A stretch of 64,000 nt of DNA from Candidatus Omnitrophota bacterium (lineage in GTDB: Bacteria > Omnitrophota > Gorgyraeia > JABMRJ01), in NCBI GenBank assembly GCA_016783555.1, contig JADHWH010000002.1, positions 2,037 through 66,036 on the forward strand, given 5' to 3'. Position numbers and translations under genes: made by a program. Below the pieces are notes generated by a model, which saw nothing but the letters and a program-made list of their open reading frames with translations, was not told the DNA's origin and did no database searches. Each line of letters begins with the position of its first letter. Position 1 is the stretch's first letter. Below, in pieces: positions 49,653 through 58,988 of this stretch.

Positions 49653-50263
49653 TGAGAGGGATATTCGTTACGGGGACAGATACGGGTGTCGGCAAGACCG
49701 TGGTTACGGGATTATTGGCGCGGTATCTTTCTGACGGAGGATATAGCGTTATTACGCAGAAGTGGATAGAGACAGGCAGCAAAGGCTTTTCGAAAGATAT
49801 AGATATGCACCTTAAACTGATGGGAAAGAGAAGGAAGGATATAAAAGATTTTCTGCCTCACGTATCTCCTTATGTATTTAAGTTCGCCTCATCGCCGCAC
49901 CTCGCGGCGAAGCTTGAAAGAGAGAGGATTAATAAAGATAAGATTAAAAAGAGTTTTAGGGTTTTGCAAAAGAGACATGACTTTGTAATAGTAGAAGGGG
50001 TAGGAGGCGCGCTGGTTCCTTATAACGAGAAGAGATTGGTTATAGATATAGCAAAGGAGCTTAAATTGCCCGTCATAGTCGTTGCGGAAAATAGATTGGG
50101 CGCTATTAATCACACGCTGCTTACAATCGAGGCGATAAAAGCGAGAAAGATGAAAGTAGTAGGGGTAATATTCAATGATTGGCGGGGAAAGACCGATAGA
50201 AAAATCCTTAAGGATAATATACGCATAATAAAAAAATGGATAGCTGGATTAAAAAAGATCTAA
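49652..50263 (+). CDS. bioD: dethiobiotin synthetase
   Basis: P-loop GTDTGVGKT; GTG start. Confidence 0.85.
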   Translation: MRGIFVTGTDTGVGKTVVTGLLARYLSDGGYSVITQKWIETGSKGFSKDIDMHLKLMGKRRKDIKDFLPHVSPYVFKFASSPHLAAKLERERINKDKIKKSFRVLQKRHDFVIVEGVGGALVPYNEKRLVIDIAKELKLPVIVVAENRLGAINHTLLTIEAIKARKMKVVGVIFNDWRGKTDRKILKDNIRIIKKWIAGLKKI

Positions 50264-51582
50264 AGCATATATGGCATCCCTATACGCAGATGAAGGATTG
50301 CAAGATACTTCCTCCTATTCTTATAGAGAAAGCCAGAGGGCTTAAGCTCTATGATAATAAAGGCAGTTTCTATTACGACACAATCTCAAGCTGGTGGTGC
50401 AATGTCCACGGCCATAATCATCCCAGGATAAAGAATGCCATAAAAAGGCAGCTCGATTCTTTAGACCACGTATTATTTGCCGGATTTACGCACAAGCCGG
50501 CGATACTCCTGGCCGAGAGGCTCATCTCTATAACCCCGGGAAACCTTAAGAAGGTATTTTTTTCCGATAACGGTTCTACGGCGGTTGAGACCGCCCTCAA
50601 GATGTCATTTCAATATTGGCAGAATTCGGGCAGGGAAAAAAAGAAAAATTTCATCTCTTTGGATTATGGCTATCACGGCGATACTATAGCAGCTATGTCG
50701 GTAAGCGGCGTGGATCTATTTAACGAAATATTCGCGCCGTTATTTTTTAAATCTTATAAAATACCCTCTCCTTATTGCTATCGATGCCCGATGAAGAAGA
50801 AGAGGACCTTTTGCGATATAGAGTGCATAGGACCGTTAGAGAGGTTATTGCGAAGAAGGAATTCTGAAATCGCAGCTATAATTATAGAGCCGCTCGTTTT
50901 GGCGGCAGGCGGCATGATAGTATACCCTAAGGAATATTTAAAGAGAGCAGCGCATCTCGCAAGAAAATACAACGTCCACCTAATACTGGATGAAGTTGCT
51001 ACCGGCTTCGGCAGGACCGGCAAGATGTTCGCATGCGAACATGCAAAGGTCAAACCGGACTTTATGTGCCTTTCAAAAGGCATAACTGCAGGCTTTCTTC
51101 CGTTAGGGGCGACATTGACCACAGATGAGATATACGGCGCCTTTTATGATGATTATAAGAAGGGAAAGACTTTCTACCACGGCCACACTTATACGGCTAA
51201 TCCCATCTCATGCTCGGCGGCGCTGGCCAGCCTCGACGTCTTTAAAAGGGAAGATACCCTAAGGAAGGCGGAGGGGCTCATATCGATATTTCATAATAGG
51301 CTTGAGAGGTTTCGCGGCCTTGATATAGTGGGGGATGTAAGATGCATAGGCATGATAGGGGCGCTTGAGCTGGTTAGGGATAAAAAGGGCAAAAAAAAGT
51401 TCGGCATTAACGAGAGAATCGGATTGAGGATTTATAAGAAGGGATTAAGAGAGAGCCTTATACTGCGGCCGCTTGGGGATATTGTATATTTCTATCTTCC
51501 GTTCTCTATAACAAAAGACGAGATAGGTGTTATTGTAGATAAGACATTTGATATTATAAAAAACGAAAGAAGCGTGAGATAA
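50236..51582 (+). CDS. bioA: adenosylmethionine-8-amino-7-oxononanoate aminotransferase
   Basis: Class III aminotransferase; PLP lysine in DEVATGFGRTGK. Confidence 0.9.
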   Translation: MDSWIKKDLKHIWHPYTQMKDCKILPPILIEKARGLKLYDNKGSFYYDTISSWWCNVHGHNHPRIKNAIKRQLDSLDHVLFAGFTHKPAILLAERLISITPGNLKKVFFSDNGSTAVETALKMSFQYWQNSGREKKKNFISLDYGYHGDTIAAMSVSGVDLFNEIFAPLFFKSYKIPSPYCYRCPMKKKRTFCDIECIGPLERLLRRRNSEIAAIIIEPLVLAAGGMIVYPKEYLKRAAHLARKYNVHLILDEVATGFGRTGKMFACEHAKVKPDFMCLSKGITAGFLPLGATLTTDEIYGAFYDDYKKGKTFYHGHTYTANPISCSAALASLDVFKREDTLRKAEGLISIFHNRLERFRGLDIVGDVRCIGMIGALELVRDKKGKKKFGINERIGLRIYKKGLRESLILRPLGDIVYFYLPFSITKDEIGVIVDKTFDIIKNERSVR

Positions 51583-51669
51583 TAAAAGAAGCGTTTGCCA
51601 GATTGAGATTAACCTTGAGATATTTCGGCGCATAAGATATAATAATAAAACTAAAATCAGGAGCAAGAT

Positions 51670-51903
51670 ATGACGGTAGATTTAACACAGGTAAGGCCGG
51701 GAGAAAGCGGCATTGTAGCGGATATTCAAGGCGGCCACGGTATGACAGAGAGAGTCCAGGCCATGGGTGTAAGGCCGGGAAAGAGAATAACCAAGATCAG
51801 CTCGCATTTCTGGAGGGGGCCGCAGACCGTGCAGGTCGATAATACCCAAGTTGCCATAGGCTTTGGTATGGCGAGAAGGATTTTAATAGAAGTCGAGAGA
51901 TGA
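51670..51903 (+). CDS. feoA: ferrous iron transport protein A
   Basis: 77-aa SH3-like FeoA (LTQVRPGESGIVADI...RVQAMGVRPG). Confidence 0.8.
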   Translation: MTVDLTQVRPGESGIVADIQGGHGMTERVQAMGVRPGKRITKISSHFWRGPQTVQVDNTQVAIGFGMARRILIEVER

Positions 51904-51904
51904 A

Positions 51905-51952
51905 CCCCGTTAGACCTAATAAGAGGTCGACGGGGCGGGAGGTCTAACGGGG
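51905..51952 (+). promoter_or_regulatory. second copy of the SD/start-sequestering palindromic element, before feoB
   Basis: CCCCGTTAGACCT (51905..51917), imperfect partner GAGGTCGACGGGG (51923..51935), perfect partner GGAGGTCTAACGGGG (51938..51952) ending in the GTG start. Confidence 0.5.
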
Positions 51953-53670
51953 TGAAAGAGATAAATAAGATATTATTGATGGGTAATCCTAACGTGGGGA
52001 AGAGCGCCATATTCTCCAGGCTTACAGGCGCTAAGGTGGTGATCTCTAACTATCCCGGCACAACGGTGGAATTTACCCAGGGCCATGTGAAGATTGACGG
52101 CGCGAGGCCCATGATAATAGACGTTCCCGGGACTTATACATTGGAGCCAACCAGCAAGGCCGAAGAGGTAGCCGTCCAGATGTTAAAGGAGGGAGACTTC
52201 GTTATTAACATCGTCGATGCTACGAACCTCGAGAGAAATCTTTATCTTACATTACAGCTTATAGAGAAAGGTATTCCCCTCGTTGTGGCTTTAAATATGT
52301 GGGATGAGACGAAGCACCAGGGGATAGAGATAGATATTAAGAGGCTGGAAGAGAGATTGGGTGTGTCGATAGTCCCCACCTGCGGCCTTACGGGGGAAGG
52401 GATAAGAGAGCTTGTAGCCCGCATATCGGAAGCAAGGCCTTTAAAGAGACACCTCTTTACGGAGAGAAAGAAATGGGAGAGCATAGGAAGAATAGTTAAT
52501 GAGGTCCAGCGGCTTACCCACCACCACCATACATTCTTGCAGAGACTGGAGGAGTTAAGCATAAAACCTGTTACGGGGCTGCCTATAGCGGCGGGTGTTA
52601 TGTTCTGCGCGTTTTTAATTATCCGTTTTATAGGCGAAGGCTTAATAGGCTATCTATTTGAGCCTCTGTTTAATAATATATGGCTTCCAGTGATGACGAG
52701 ACTAAGCTTGATATTAGGCGGAGAGACATTTTTGCACCATATATTTATAGGCAAACTTATTAATGGCGGGATAGATTTCGGGCAGTCCTTCGGGCTTTTT
52801 ACCACAGGGTTATTTGTGCCTATAGCCATGGTCTTACCGTATCTATTCAGTTTCTATTTAGTATTGGGACTCCTGGAAGACTTCGGCTATCTGCCGCGCC
52901 TTGCCGTACTGCTCGACAATCTTATGCATCGAATGGGGCTTCACGGATATGCTATAATACCGCTCATCCTGGGATTGGGCTGCAATGTCCCTGGGGCCTT
53001 AGCCACCAGGTTATTGGAAGGAAAGAGGGAGAAGTTTATCGCGGCGACTTTGATGGCGGTCGCCGTTCCCTGTATGGCCCAGATTGCCATGATTGTAGGA
53101 TTGGTAGGCGAGAGGGGAGGAAGGTATCTAGCCATTGTATTCGGCACGCTTTTTTTGGTTTTAATCATAAAGGGGCTTATTTTAAATAGAGTCATGAAAG
53201 GCCCGAGTCCCGAGATACTGGTTGAGATCCCCCCGTATAGAATCCCTCAGCCTATTGCGGTTGTAAAAAAAGTCTGGATGCGCGTCTTTGGTTTCTTGAA
53301 AGAGGCCCTTCCTTACGTGCTTTTAGGCATACTCTTTGTTAATGTCCTCCATGTGCTAAAGATCATAGATTATCTCGCAAGACTATTCAGTCCGCTCGTA
53401 ACAAATGTGTGGGGGCTTCCAAAAGAGGCGATATCGGCGCTTATTATCGGGTTCTTGAGGAAGGATGTCGCTGTCGGAATGCTGGGGCCGCTTGACCTTA
53501 CTACCAAACAGCTTGTCATAGGCTCTACGGTCCTGGCCATCTACTTTCCCTGCATTGCCACTTTTGCTGTATTGGTGCGCGAGTTGGGCATAAGGGATAT
53601 GTTGAAATCAGCCGCTATCATGATTGGCGTGGCGCTATTGGTAGGAGGATTGCTTAATATAATATTGTAA
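51952..53670 (+). CDS. feoB: ferrous iron transporter B (GTPase + membrane domain)
   Basis: G1 GNPNVGKS, G2/G3 TVE/DVPG, G4 NMWD; polytopic C-terminal domain. Confidence 0.85.
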   Translation: MKEINKILLMGNPNVGKSAIFSRLTGAKVVISNYPGTTVEFTQGHVKIDGARPMIIDVPGTYTLEPTSKAEEVAVQMLKEGDFVINIVDATNLERNLYLTLQLIEKGIPLVVALNMWDETKHQGIEIDIKRLEERLGVSIVPTCGLTGEGIRELVARISEARPLKRHLFTERKKWESIGRIVNEVQRLTHHHHTFLQRLEELSIKPVTGLPIAAGVMFCAFLIIRFIGEGLIGYLFEPLFNNIWLPVMTRLSLILGGETFLHHIFIGKLINGGIDFGQSFGLFTTGLFVPIAMVLPYLFSFYLVLGLLEDFGYLPRLAVLLDNLMHRMGLHGYAIIPLILGLGCNVPGALATRLLEGKREKFIAATLMAVAVPCMAQIAMIVGLVGERGGRYLAIVFGTLFLVLIIKGLILNRVMKGPSPEILVEIPPYRIPQPIAVVKKVWMRVFGFLKEALPYVLLGILFVNVLHVLKIIDYLARLFSPLVTNVWGLPKEAISALIIGFLRKDVAVGMLGPLDLTTKQLVIGSTVLAIYFPCIATFAVLVRELGIRDMLKSAAIMIGVALLVGGLLNIIL

Positions 53671-53673
53671 GCT

Positions 53674-54885
53674 CTACTCTTTTATAGGTCTTTCTTTCAG
53701 GGGTTTAAATGCATAACCGCTGTCGGCAGAAGGAAGGCCCGCCGCAGGCTCAACCAGCAGGAAATCACCCTTTTTAATCCATTCTTTCAATGTCTTTGCA
53801 ATCTCAAGCGCTTTCGGGTAACTGGAAAGCGGAGCCGTGGGCACATCCCTGCCCTGAACCTTTATTGTGCCGCTTTTAAGCTCTTCATAATTGACTTCAC
53901 CCAGACTCCCGGATTTCCCCTGCGGATAATCTTGACCATAATCGACTATCTGTGCCCATATCTCTTTATCGCTTACGGCGGTATATCGGCATATCTCCTC
54001 GTTTAGTATCGGGATGGGGATACCTATACCTATGGTAAGCGTTACGCCATATCCCTGGAAGGAGGTTCCCACCAGATATTTGGGCGACATATTCTTTAGA
54101 TCTCCCAATAGGGCCAATGTGCCTGCCGGTACTTGAGGCACGCCGTTACCCTTGCGCTTAACACCGGGGTTATGCTGCGTGCCGTGCCAGACGATATAAC
54201 CTACACCGCCGCCCAAAAATACCCTTGTCCCTATGCCGATAGTCTTATAGTAGGGGTCGTTTAAGAGGGGAGAAAGCTGTCCGGCAGAACAGTAATTGGC
54301 ATTGCCTAAGTGGGGTTTTAGCGCGCCCATGTAGGTATAGATAATTTTGTCAGAGAGGTTTACCGCTGCGTTGTAATTCTGGTAGACGTTTCTGGGATTA
54401 AACAAGACCGCCTCGTTTAAATCCTTTATGTTAATAAGAGTCTCGAGCTTCTTTCTGGGATAGCAGTCGGTGCCGTAGGTGGTAGCGGTCAGCTTCAGGT
54501 CTTTTCCCGCTACCAAGTCCTGTATTACGTGGGCGCCGCCGTATTTGAATTCTCCCGGATAGACTTTGTTTCTGGGATCATCGTCAGGCAGGATGGTGGC
54601 GCCGACATAAATGTCAACCGCGGCAAAACCGCCATACGCAGGGACGTCATTTATATATACCTTACCTCCGCCCAGCTTGATCTTCGGTTTGGAGTGGCCT
54701 GTATTGAAATAAGCGCCGGATGAGCACATAGGCCCGAATGTGCCTGTAGTAACTATATCGACTTCCTCAGCCGCCTGCTTCGACCCCTTCTTATTGACGA
54801 TTTCTATTATCTCTTCCGCTGTCGCAACTACTACTTTACCTTTTTTAATCTTTTCATTAATCTCTTTTATGGTCTTGGCCATCAC
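53674..54885 (-). CDS. DUF39/COG1900-like protein (putative sulfur-incorporating homocysteine biosynthesis enzyme)
   Basis: About 400-aa protein with Cys-containing motifs (GPMCSSG, TDCYP), in an operon with cysK and an Rrf2 regulator. Family assignment is from memory. Confidence 0.45.
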   Translation of the reverse strand: MMAKTIKEINEKIKKGKVVVATAEEIIEIVNKKGSKQAAEEVDIVTTGTFGPMCSSGAYFNTGHSKPKIKLGGGKVYINDVPAYGGFAAVDIYVGATILPDDDPRNKVYPGEFKYGGAHVIQDLVAGKDLKLTATTYGTDCYPRKKLETLINIKDLNEAVLFNPRNVYQNYNAAVNLSDKIIYTYMGALKPHLGNANYCSAGQLSPLLNDPYYKTIGIGTRVFLGGGVGYIVWHGTQHNPGVKRKGNGVPQVPAGTLALLGDLKNMSPKYLVGTSFQGYGVTLTIGIGIPIPILNEEICRYTAVSDKEIWAQIVDYGQDYPQGKSGSLGEVNYEELKSGTIKVQGRDVPTAPLSSYPKALEIAKTLKEWIKKGDFLLVEPAAGLPSADSGYAFKPLKERPIKE

Positions 54886-54938
54886 AACCTCCGCTTAGGT
54901 TTATTATACAACAAATTGTTATTACGTCACTAAAAAAA

Positions 54939-55880
54939 TTATCCTCTAAAAGGCCATGTGCTTAAGTATCGTTCCCCCGTATCCGGCAGTATAAGAACGA
55001 TCATCTTGCCTCTATTTTCAGGCCTCCCGGCTACTTCTATAGCCGCCCATGCTGCCGCGCCGCTTGATATACCTGCAAATATCCCTTCCTCCCTGGCCAG
55101 TCTTCCGGCAAGCCTGCCTGCGTCATCGTTTGTGACTTTTATAATCTCGTCAATTATCTTTGTGTTCAAGATCTTAGGAATGAATCCGGCTCCTATGCCT
55201 TGAATTTTGTGCGGTCCAGGCTTTTCGCCTGATAAGACGGGAGAATCTGCCGGTTCGACAGCCACCGCTTTAAACTCCGGCTTCTTCTTCTTTATGGCTT
55301 CGGCTACCCCCGTAATAGTGCCTCCCGTGCCGACACCGCTTACCAAGATGTCAACCTTGCCGTCCGTATCCCGCCATATCTCCTCGGCTGTAGTCTCTCT
55401 ATGTATTTTAGTATTGGCCGGATTATTAAATTGCTGGGGCACAAAGGTATCAGGGTTATCTCTTGCCAGTTCTTCAGCCTTCTTAACCGCTCCGAGCATA
55501 CCTTCATGGCCGGGCGTCAATACTAGTTCAGCGCCTAATATAGATAGTAAATGCCTGCGCTCAACAGACATAGTATCCGGCATCGTCAGGATTAAGTGGT
55601 AACCCCTTGCCGCGCAGACGAAGGCGAGGGCGATGCCGGTGTTTCCGCTGGTAGGTTCTATTATAATTGTATTCTTCTTTATCAGTCCCCTGTCCTCCGC
55701 ATCGCGAATCATAGATACGCCTATCCTGTCTTTTATGCTGGAAAGGGGGTTGAATGATTCAAGCTTGGCAATTACCTCCGCTTTCAAGCCCTCGGTTATC
55801 CTGTTTAATCTTACCAGCGGCGTGTTTCCTATTAATTCGGTTACGTCTTTGGCTATCTTTGGCATATTTTCCTCCGGCAT
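54939..55880 (-). CDS. cysK: cysteine synthase A (O-acetylserine sulfhydrylase)
   Basis: [16 protein letters not shown] lysine SSIKDR, GTGGT loop. Confidence 0.9.
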   Translation of the reverse strand: MPEENMPKIAKDVTELIGNTPLVRLNRITEGLKAEVIAKLESFNPLSSIKDRIGVSMIRDAEDRGLIKKNTIIIEPTSGNTGIALAFVCAARGYHLILTMPDTMSVERRHLLSILGAELVLTPGHEGMLGAVKKAEELARDNPDTFVPQQFNNPANTKIHRETTAEEIWRDTDGKVDILVSGVGTGGTITGVAEAIKKKKPEFKAVAVEPADSPVLSGEKPGPHKIQGIGAGFIPKILNTKIIDEIIKVTNDDAGRLAGRLAREEGIFAGISSGAAAWAAIEVAGRPENRGKMIVLILPDTGERYLSTWPFRG

Positions 55881-56323
55881 TAAATATTATAAATTAAAGA
55901 GGTCTCGAGTTTCTCCTTCCGGCGCCCTAGCAGATCCTGAAGGGTTATAGATTCCAGGGTGCGGGTTATATTCTCTTTCAGCTCTTTCCATACGTCTATG
56001 GTAATACAGTAATTAGTCCTATGGCAGAGGGCGGGGTTGTCGACGCATCTTACCGGCGCCAGCGACCCCTCCATTGTCTCCACTATATCTTTTAAGTTTA
56101 TTTTAGATGGGGATTTTGCAAGGGCATACCCGCCATGCGCTCCACGGCCCGAAGTCACCAGGCCCGCTGCTTTAAGAGGAGGCAGAAGGTGTTCCAGATA
56201 ACCTACAGATATCTCCTGTCTCCTGGCGATATCTTTCAATAAGATATTGCCCTTGCCATAATGTGAGGCGAGATCTATCATTAATCTCGCGCCATACCGC
56301 GATTTAGTTGAGAGTCGCATCAT
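55880..56323 (-). CDS. Rrf2-family transcriptional regulator with three-Cys (IscR/CymR-like) cluster site
   Basis: w[21 protein letters not shown]...; Cys triad [14 protein letters not shown]. Confidence 0.8.
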   Translation of the reverse strand: MMRLSTKSRYGARLMIDLASHYGKGNILLKDIARRQEISVGYLEHLLPPLKAAGLVTSGRGAHGGYALAKSPSKINLKDIVETMEGSLAPVRCVDNPALCHRTNYCITIDVWKELKENITRTLESITLQDLLGRRKEKLETSLIYNI

Positions 56324-56426
56324 TACTATTTACCTCCGGTTACAATAACCTACTAATCTTATTAGATTAATAGGAATTATATATCAATGGGTAAGGTTTG
56401 TCAAGAATTTTTTTATAAAATTTTAC

Positions 56427-56474
56427 TTTAAAGATCCTTCGCCCTATAGGCCTCAGGATCAAGTCAAATTTGCT
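56427..56474. promoter_or_regulatory. 48-bp conserved box with near-perfect palindrome (GATCCTTCGCCCTATAGGSCTCAGGATC), copy 1
   Basis: 47/48 identical to 57151..57198. Sits upstream of a TTGACA -35 and a further 11-bp-arm palindrome, in the divergent region between Rrf2/cysK and the 56556 ORF. Confidence 0.45.
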
Positions 56475-56555
56475 GATGCAAATTTGACTTGACAAATATA
56501 GCTAATACAGCTAATTTATTATAACTGCCACAAAGACATAGATGAGGTCTAGGAT

Positions 56556-57113
56556 ATGGGCTACGCCCAAGCTGTAGAAAAGGCATGGAATGATATTACG
56601 GCTTTAGCCGGAGATAACAAATATTCAGTAAAATTTTTAGCAGATACTTACGATGTGGATCTGGATAAAAGAGAGGTCATCTCTCTATCCTGCAACACGC
56701 CTGCAAAAGAATATATAATTGTACTTCTATTGCACTACCTTAAAAAGAGGCTCAAGCTTAAGATCCTGCCTGCGCCTACAGGGGAATGGATAAATTTCAA
56801 GCAGCTTGAAGGAGGTGACGGGTATTACCCCGCCTTTAAAAAGCGAACCATAGATGTCGTATTAAGGAAATACCGAGCCAATCCACAGGCCATACTGGAT
56901 TTAATCGGCCGTTTTTGCGCAAAGAGGGTCCAGATAGGGGATCTCGGGGTTGTTATAGAGGCCTTAGAAAAAGTACCTATCCTTATAACCTTATGGAAAG
57001 GGGATGAAGAATTCGGCCCTGAGGCAAATATACTATTCGATGCCGGCATAGCCGAGATATTCTGCACCGAGGATATAGTAGTGCTTACCGAATTCCTGGT
57101 CCATTTACTGTGA
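56556..57113 (+). CDS. hypothetical protein (possibly DUF3786-like)
   Basis: 185 aa, no motif I can assign confidently; preceded by the conserved box. Confidence 0.4.
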   Translation: MGYAQAVEKAWNDITALAGDNKYSVKFLADTYDVDLDKREVISLSCNTPAKEYIIVLLLHYLKKRLKLKILPAPTGEWINFKQLEGGDGYYPAFKKRTIDVVLRKYRANPQAILDLIGRFCAKRVQIGDLGVVIEALEKVPILITLWKGDEEFGPEANILFDAGIAEIFCTEDIVVLTEFLVHLL

Positions 57114-57150
57114 GCGCTGGCGGGGGTTGCCTCCGCTTAAATTTTTAAAT

Positions 57151-57198
57151 AAAATTTTACTTTAAAGATCCTTCGCCCTATAGGGCTCAGGATCAAGT
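57151..57198. promoter_or_regulatory. 48-bp conserved palindromic box, copy 2
   Basis: Near-identical to copy 1; followed by palindrome AGTTAATT-N11-AATTAACT and promoter TTGACA-17-TATCAT. Confidence 0.45.
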
Positions 57199-57282
57199 TA
57201 ATTGTTTAAATAAAAATTAACTTGACATAATGATACTAATATGGTATCATTTAAAAGGAAGCAAAAAAGAGGGAGGTAAACA

Positions 57283-57360
57283 ATGCATCTCGGAATAAGA
57301 TATATGTTGAGGCCGGTTGCGCACTGCAAAGAAGGGTGTTGTAGCAAGTCCCGGGCATGA
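57283..57360 (+). CDS. 25-codon Cys-rich upstream ORF (MHLGIRYMLRPVAHCKEGCCSKSRA) with very strong SD
   Basis: AAGAGGGAGG-6nt-ATG. Followed by a GC-rich hairpin (GCGCCGCTCGCTT...AAGCAAGCGGCGC) and then the second Rrf2 gene. Below the ORF-track size cutoff. Confidence 0.3.
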   Translation: MHLGIRYMLRPVAHCKEGCCSKSRA

Positions 57361-57448
57361 CGTTAAACCGCCCCTAGCACTATGATTGCGCCGCTCGCTT
57401 CTTTAATATGCAAAATAAGCAAGCGGCGCAAAACATGGGGGAATTATT

Positions 57449-57862
57449 ATGAAACTTATTACGCGAGATACGGATTATGCGATAAGGGCCATGTGTGTTA
57501 TCGCTAAGCGGAAAGATAAGGTGGTCTCTGTCAAAGACTTGACCGATTACCTCAAGGTTCCGAGACCGTTTTTAAGGAAGATACTACAGATTTTAAATAA
57601 AAGAGGACTGCTAAAATCATATAAAGGTATAGGCGGCGGTTTTACGATAGCTCTTTCGCCGAAGAAGATATCATTAGTTAAATTAATAGAGGTCTTCCAG
57701 GGGCCGATAAGACTTAGTGAGCATAAATTAAAGAAGAAGATCTGTCCAGAGGCCAAGATCTGCCTTTTAAAAAAGAGATTGGATAATATTGAGAAGTACG
57801 TTAAGGCTAGATTAGAAGCCATTACATTAGAGACTTTGATTGAGGAAGCAGGGAGGATTTAG
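57449..57862 (+). CDS. Rrf2-family transcriptional regulator (second copy)
   Basis: wHTH MKLITRDTDYAIRAMCVIA...; C-terminal Cys pair CPEAKIC. Confidence 0.8.
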   Translation: MKLITRDTDYAIRAMCVIAKRKDKVVSVKDLTDYLKVPRPFLRKILQILNKRGLLKSYKGIGGGFTIALSPKKISLVKLIEVFQGPIRLSEHKLKKKICPEAKICLLKKRLDNIEKYVKARLEAITLETLIEEAGRI

Positions 57863-57864
57863 AG

Positions 57865-58704
57865 ATGGCAAAGAGGAAGATTATAAAGATCGATGAAGAT
57901 AAATGCAACGGCTGTGGGCTCTGTATACCGAACTGCCCAGAAGGGGCCTTACAGCTAATAGACGATAAGGCGCGCCTTATAAGCGATCTCTTCTGTGACG
58001 GGTTGGGTGCCTGCATCGGCCACTGCCCCGAAGGCGCTATTACTATAGAGGAAAGAGAAGCCGAGCCGTATAACGAAAAGAGGGTCATGGAGAATATAGC
58101 CAAACAGGGAAAGAATACTATAAAAGCGCATCTGGAGCATCTTAAGGAACATGGCGAAAACATTTATCTTAACGAAGCGATACAGGCCTTGAAAGATAAA
58201 GGTATAGAAGTCCCTGACTTGGAAAAGGGACCCGCCGGCGCGCATACACACCATGGAGATTCTTCTGAATGCCCCGGCTCGAAGATGGTGGAATTAAGAC
58301 CAAAGGCCGGCAAAGATAAACCGGGAGCCAAAGGAATGCCGCAATTAAGACAGTGGCCGGTCCAGATAATGCTTGTGCGGCCGTCCGCGCCGTATTTAAA
58401 CAACGCAGACCTTTTAATAGCGGCCGATTGCGTTCCGTTTGCTTATGCGGATTTCCATCGCGATTTACTGAAAGGCAAGGTTTTGCTTGTAGGCTGTCCT
58501 AAACTGGATGACATTGGATTTTATAAAGATAGGTTTACAGAAATTTTTAAAAACAATCATATAAAATCTGTGACGTATGCCCACATGGAAGTTCCATGCT
58601 GTTCTGGTATGATAAAGGCCGTTGAATCGGCTATTTCTCTATCGGGTAAAAAAATCCCCTTCAAAGAGATTACTATAAGCATAAAGGGAGAGAGGCTAAA
58701 ATGA
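57865..58704 (+). CDS. 4Fe-4S ferredoxin-domain protein with uncharacterised Cys-containing C-terminal domain
   Basis: CNGCGLCIPNCP and CDGLGACIGHCP cluster motifs; C-terminal VGCPKLDD...PCCSG. Confidence 0.6.
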   Translation: MAKRKIIKIDEDKCNGCGLCIPNCPEGALQLIDDKARLISDLFCDGLGACIGHCPEGAITIEEREAEPYNEKRVMENIAKQGKNTIKAHLEHLKEHGENIYLNEAIQALKDKGIEVPDLEKGPAGAHTHHGDSSECPGSKMVELRPKAGKDKPGAKGMPQLRQWPVQIMLVRPSAPYLNNADLLIAADCVPFAYADFHRDLLKGKVLLVGCPKLDDIGFYKDRFTEIFKNNHIKSVTYAHMEVPCCSGMIKAVESAISLSGKKIPFKEITISIKGERLK

Positions 58705-58955
58705 CTGTAAAATGTCCCGGCTCACAGACCTTTAGCCAGCCCCATCCGGATTTTATAAGATGTCCTTTCTGCAAGGCCGAAGTGGAGATATGGTCGGATG
58801 AGGCTAAGACGAAATGCCCGGGGTGCAAAAAGACCGTTTTGCGCGACCAAGGCCAGAGCTGTCTCGACTGGTGCAGGTACGCAAAGGAGTGCGTAGGAGA
58901 GGAGCAATTTAAGAAATTCTTAAAAAATAAAAGGCTTAACAAATCAGATAAGTAG
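58701..58955 (+). CDS. small Cys-rich zinc-ribbon protein
   Basis: CPFCK...CPGCKK pairs plus CLDWCRYAKEC; ATGA overlap with the upstream gene. Confidence 0.4.
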   Translation: MTVKCPGSQTFSQPHPDFIRCPFCKAEVEIWSDEAKTKCPGCKKTVLRDQGQSCLDWCRYAKECVGEEQFKKFLKNKRLNKSDK

Positions 58956-58988
58956 TATATAATCATAAGATAAAGCAAAGAGGAGGGT

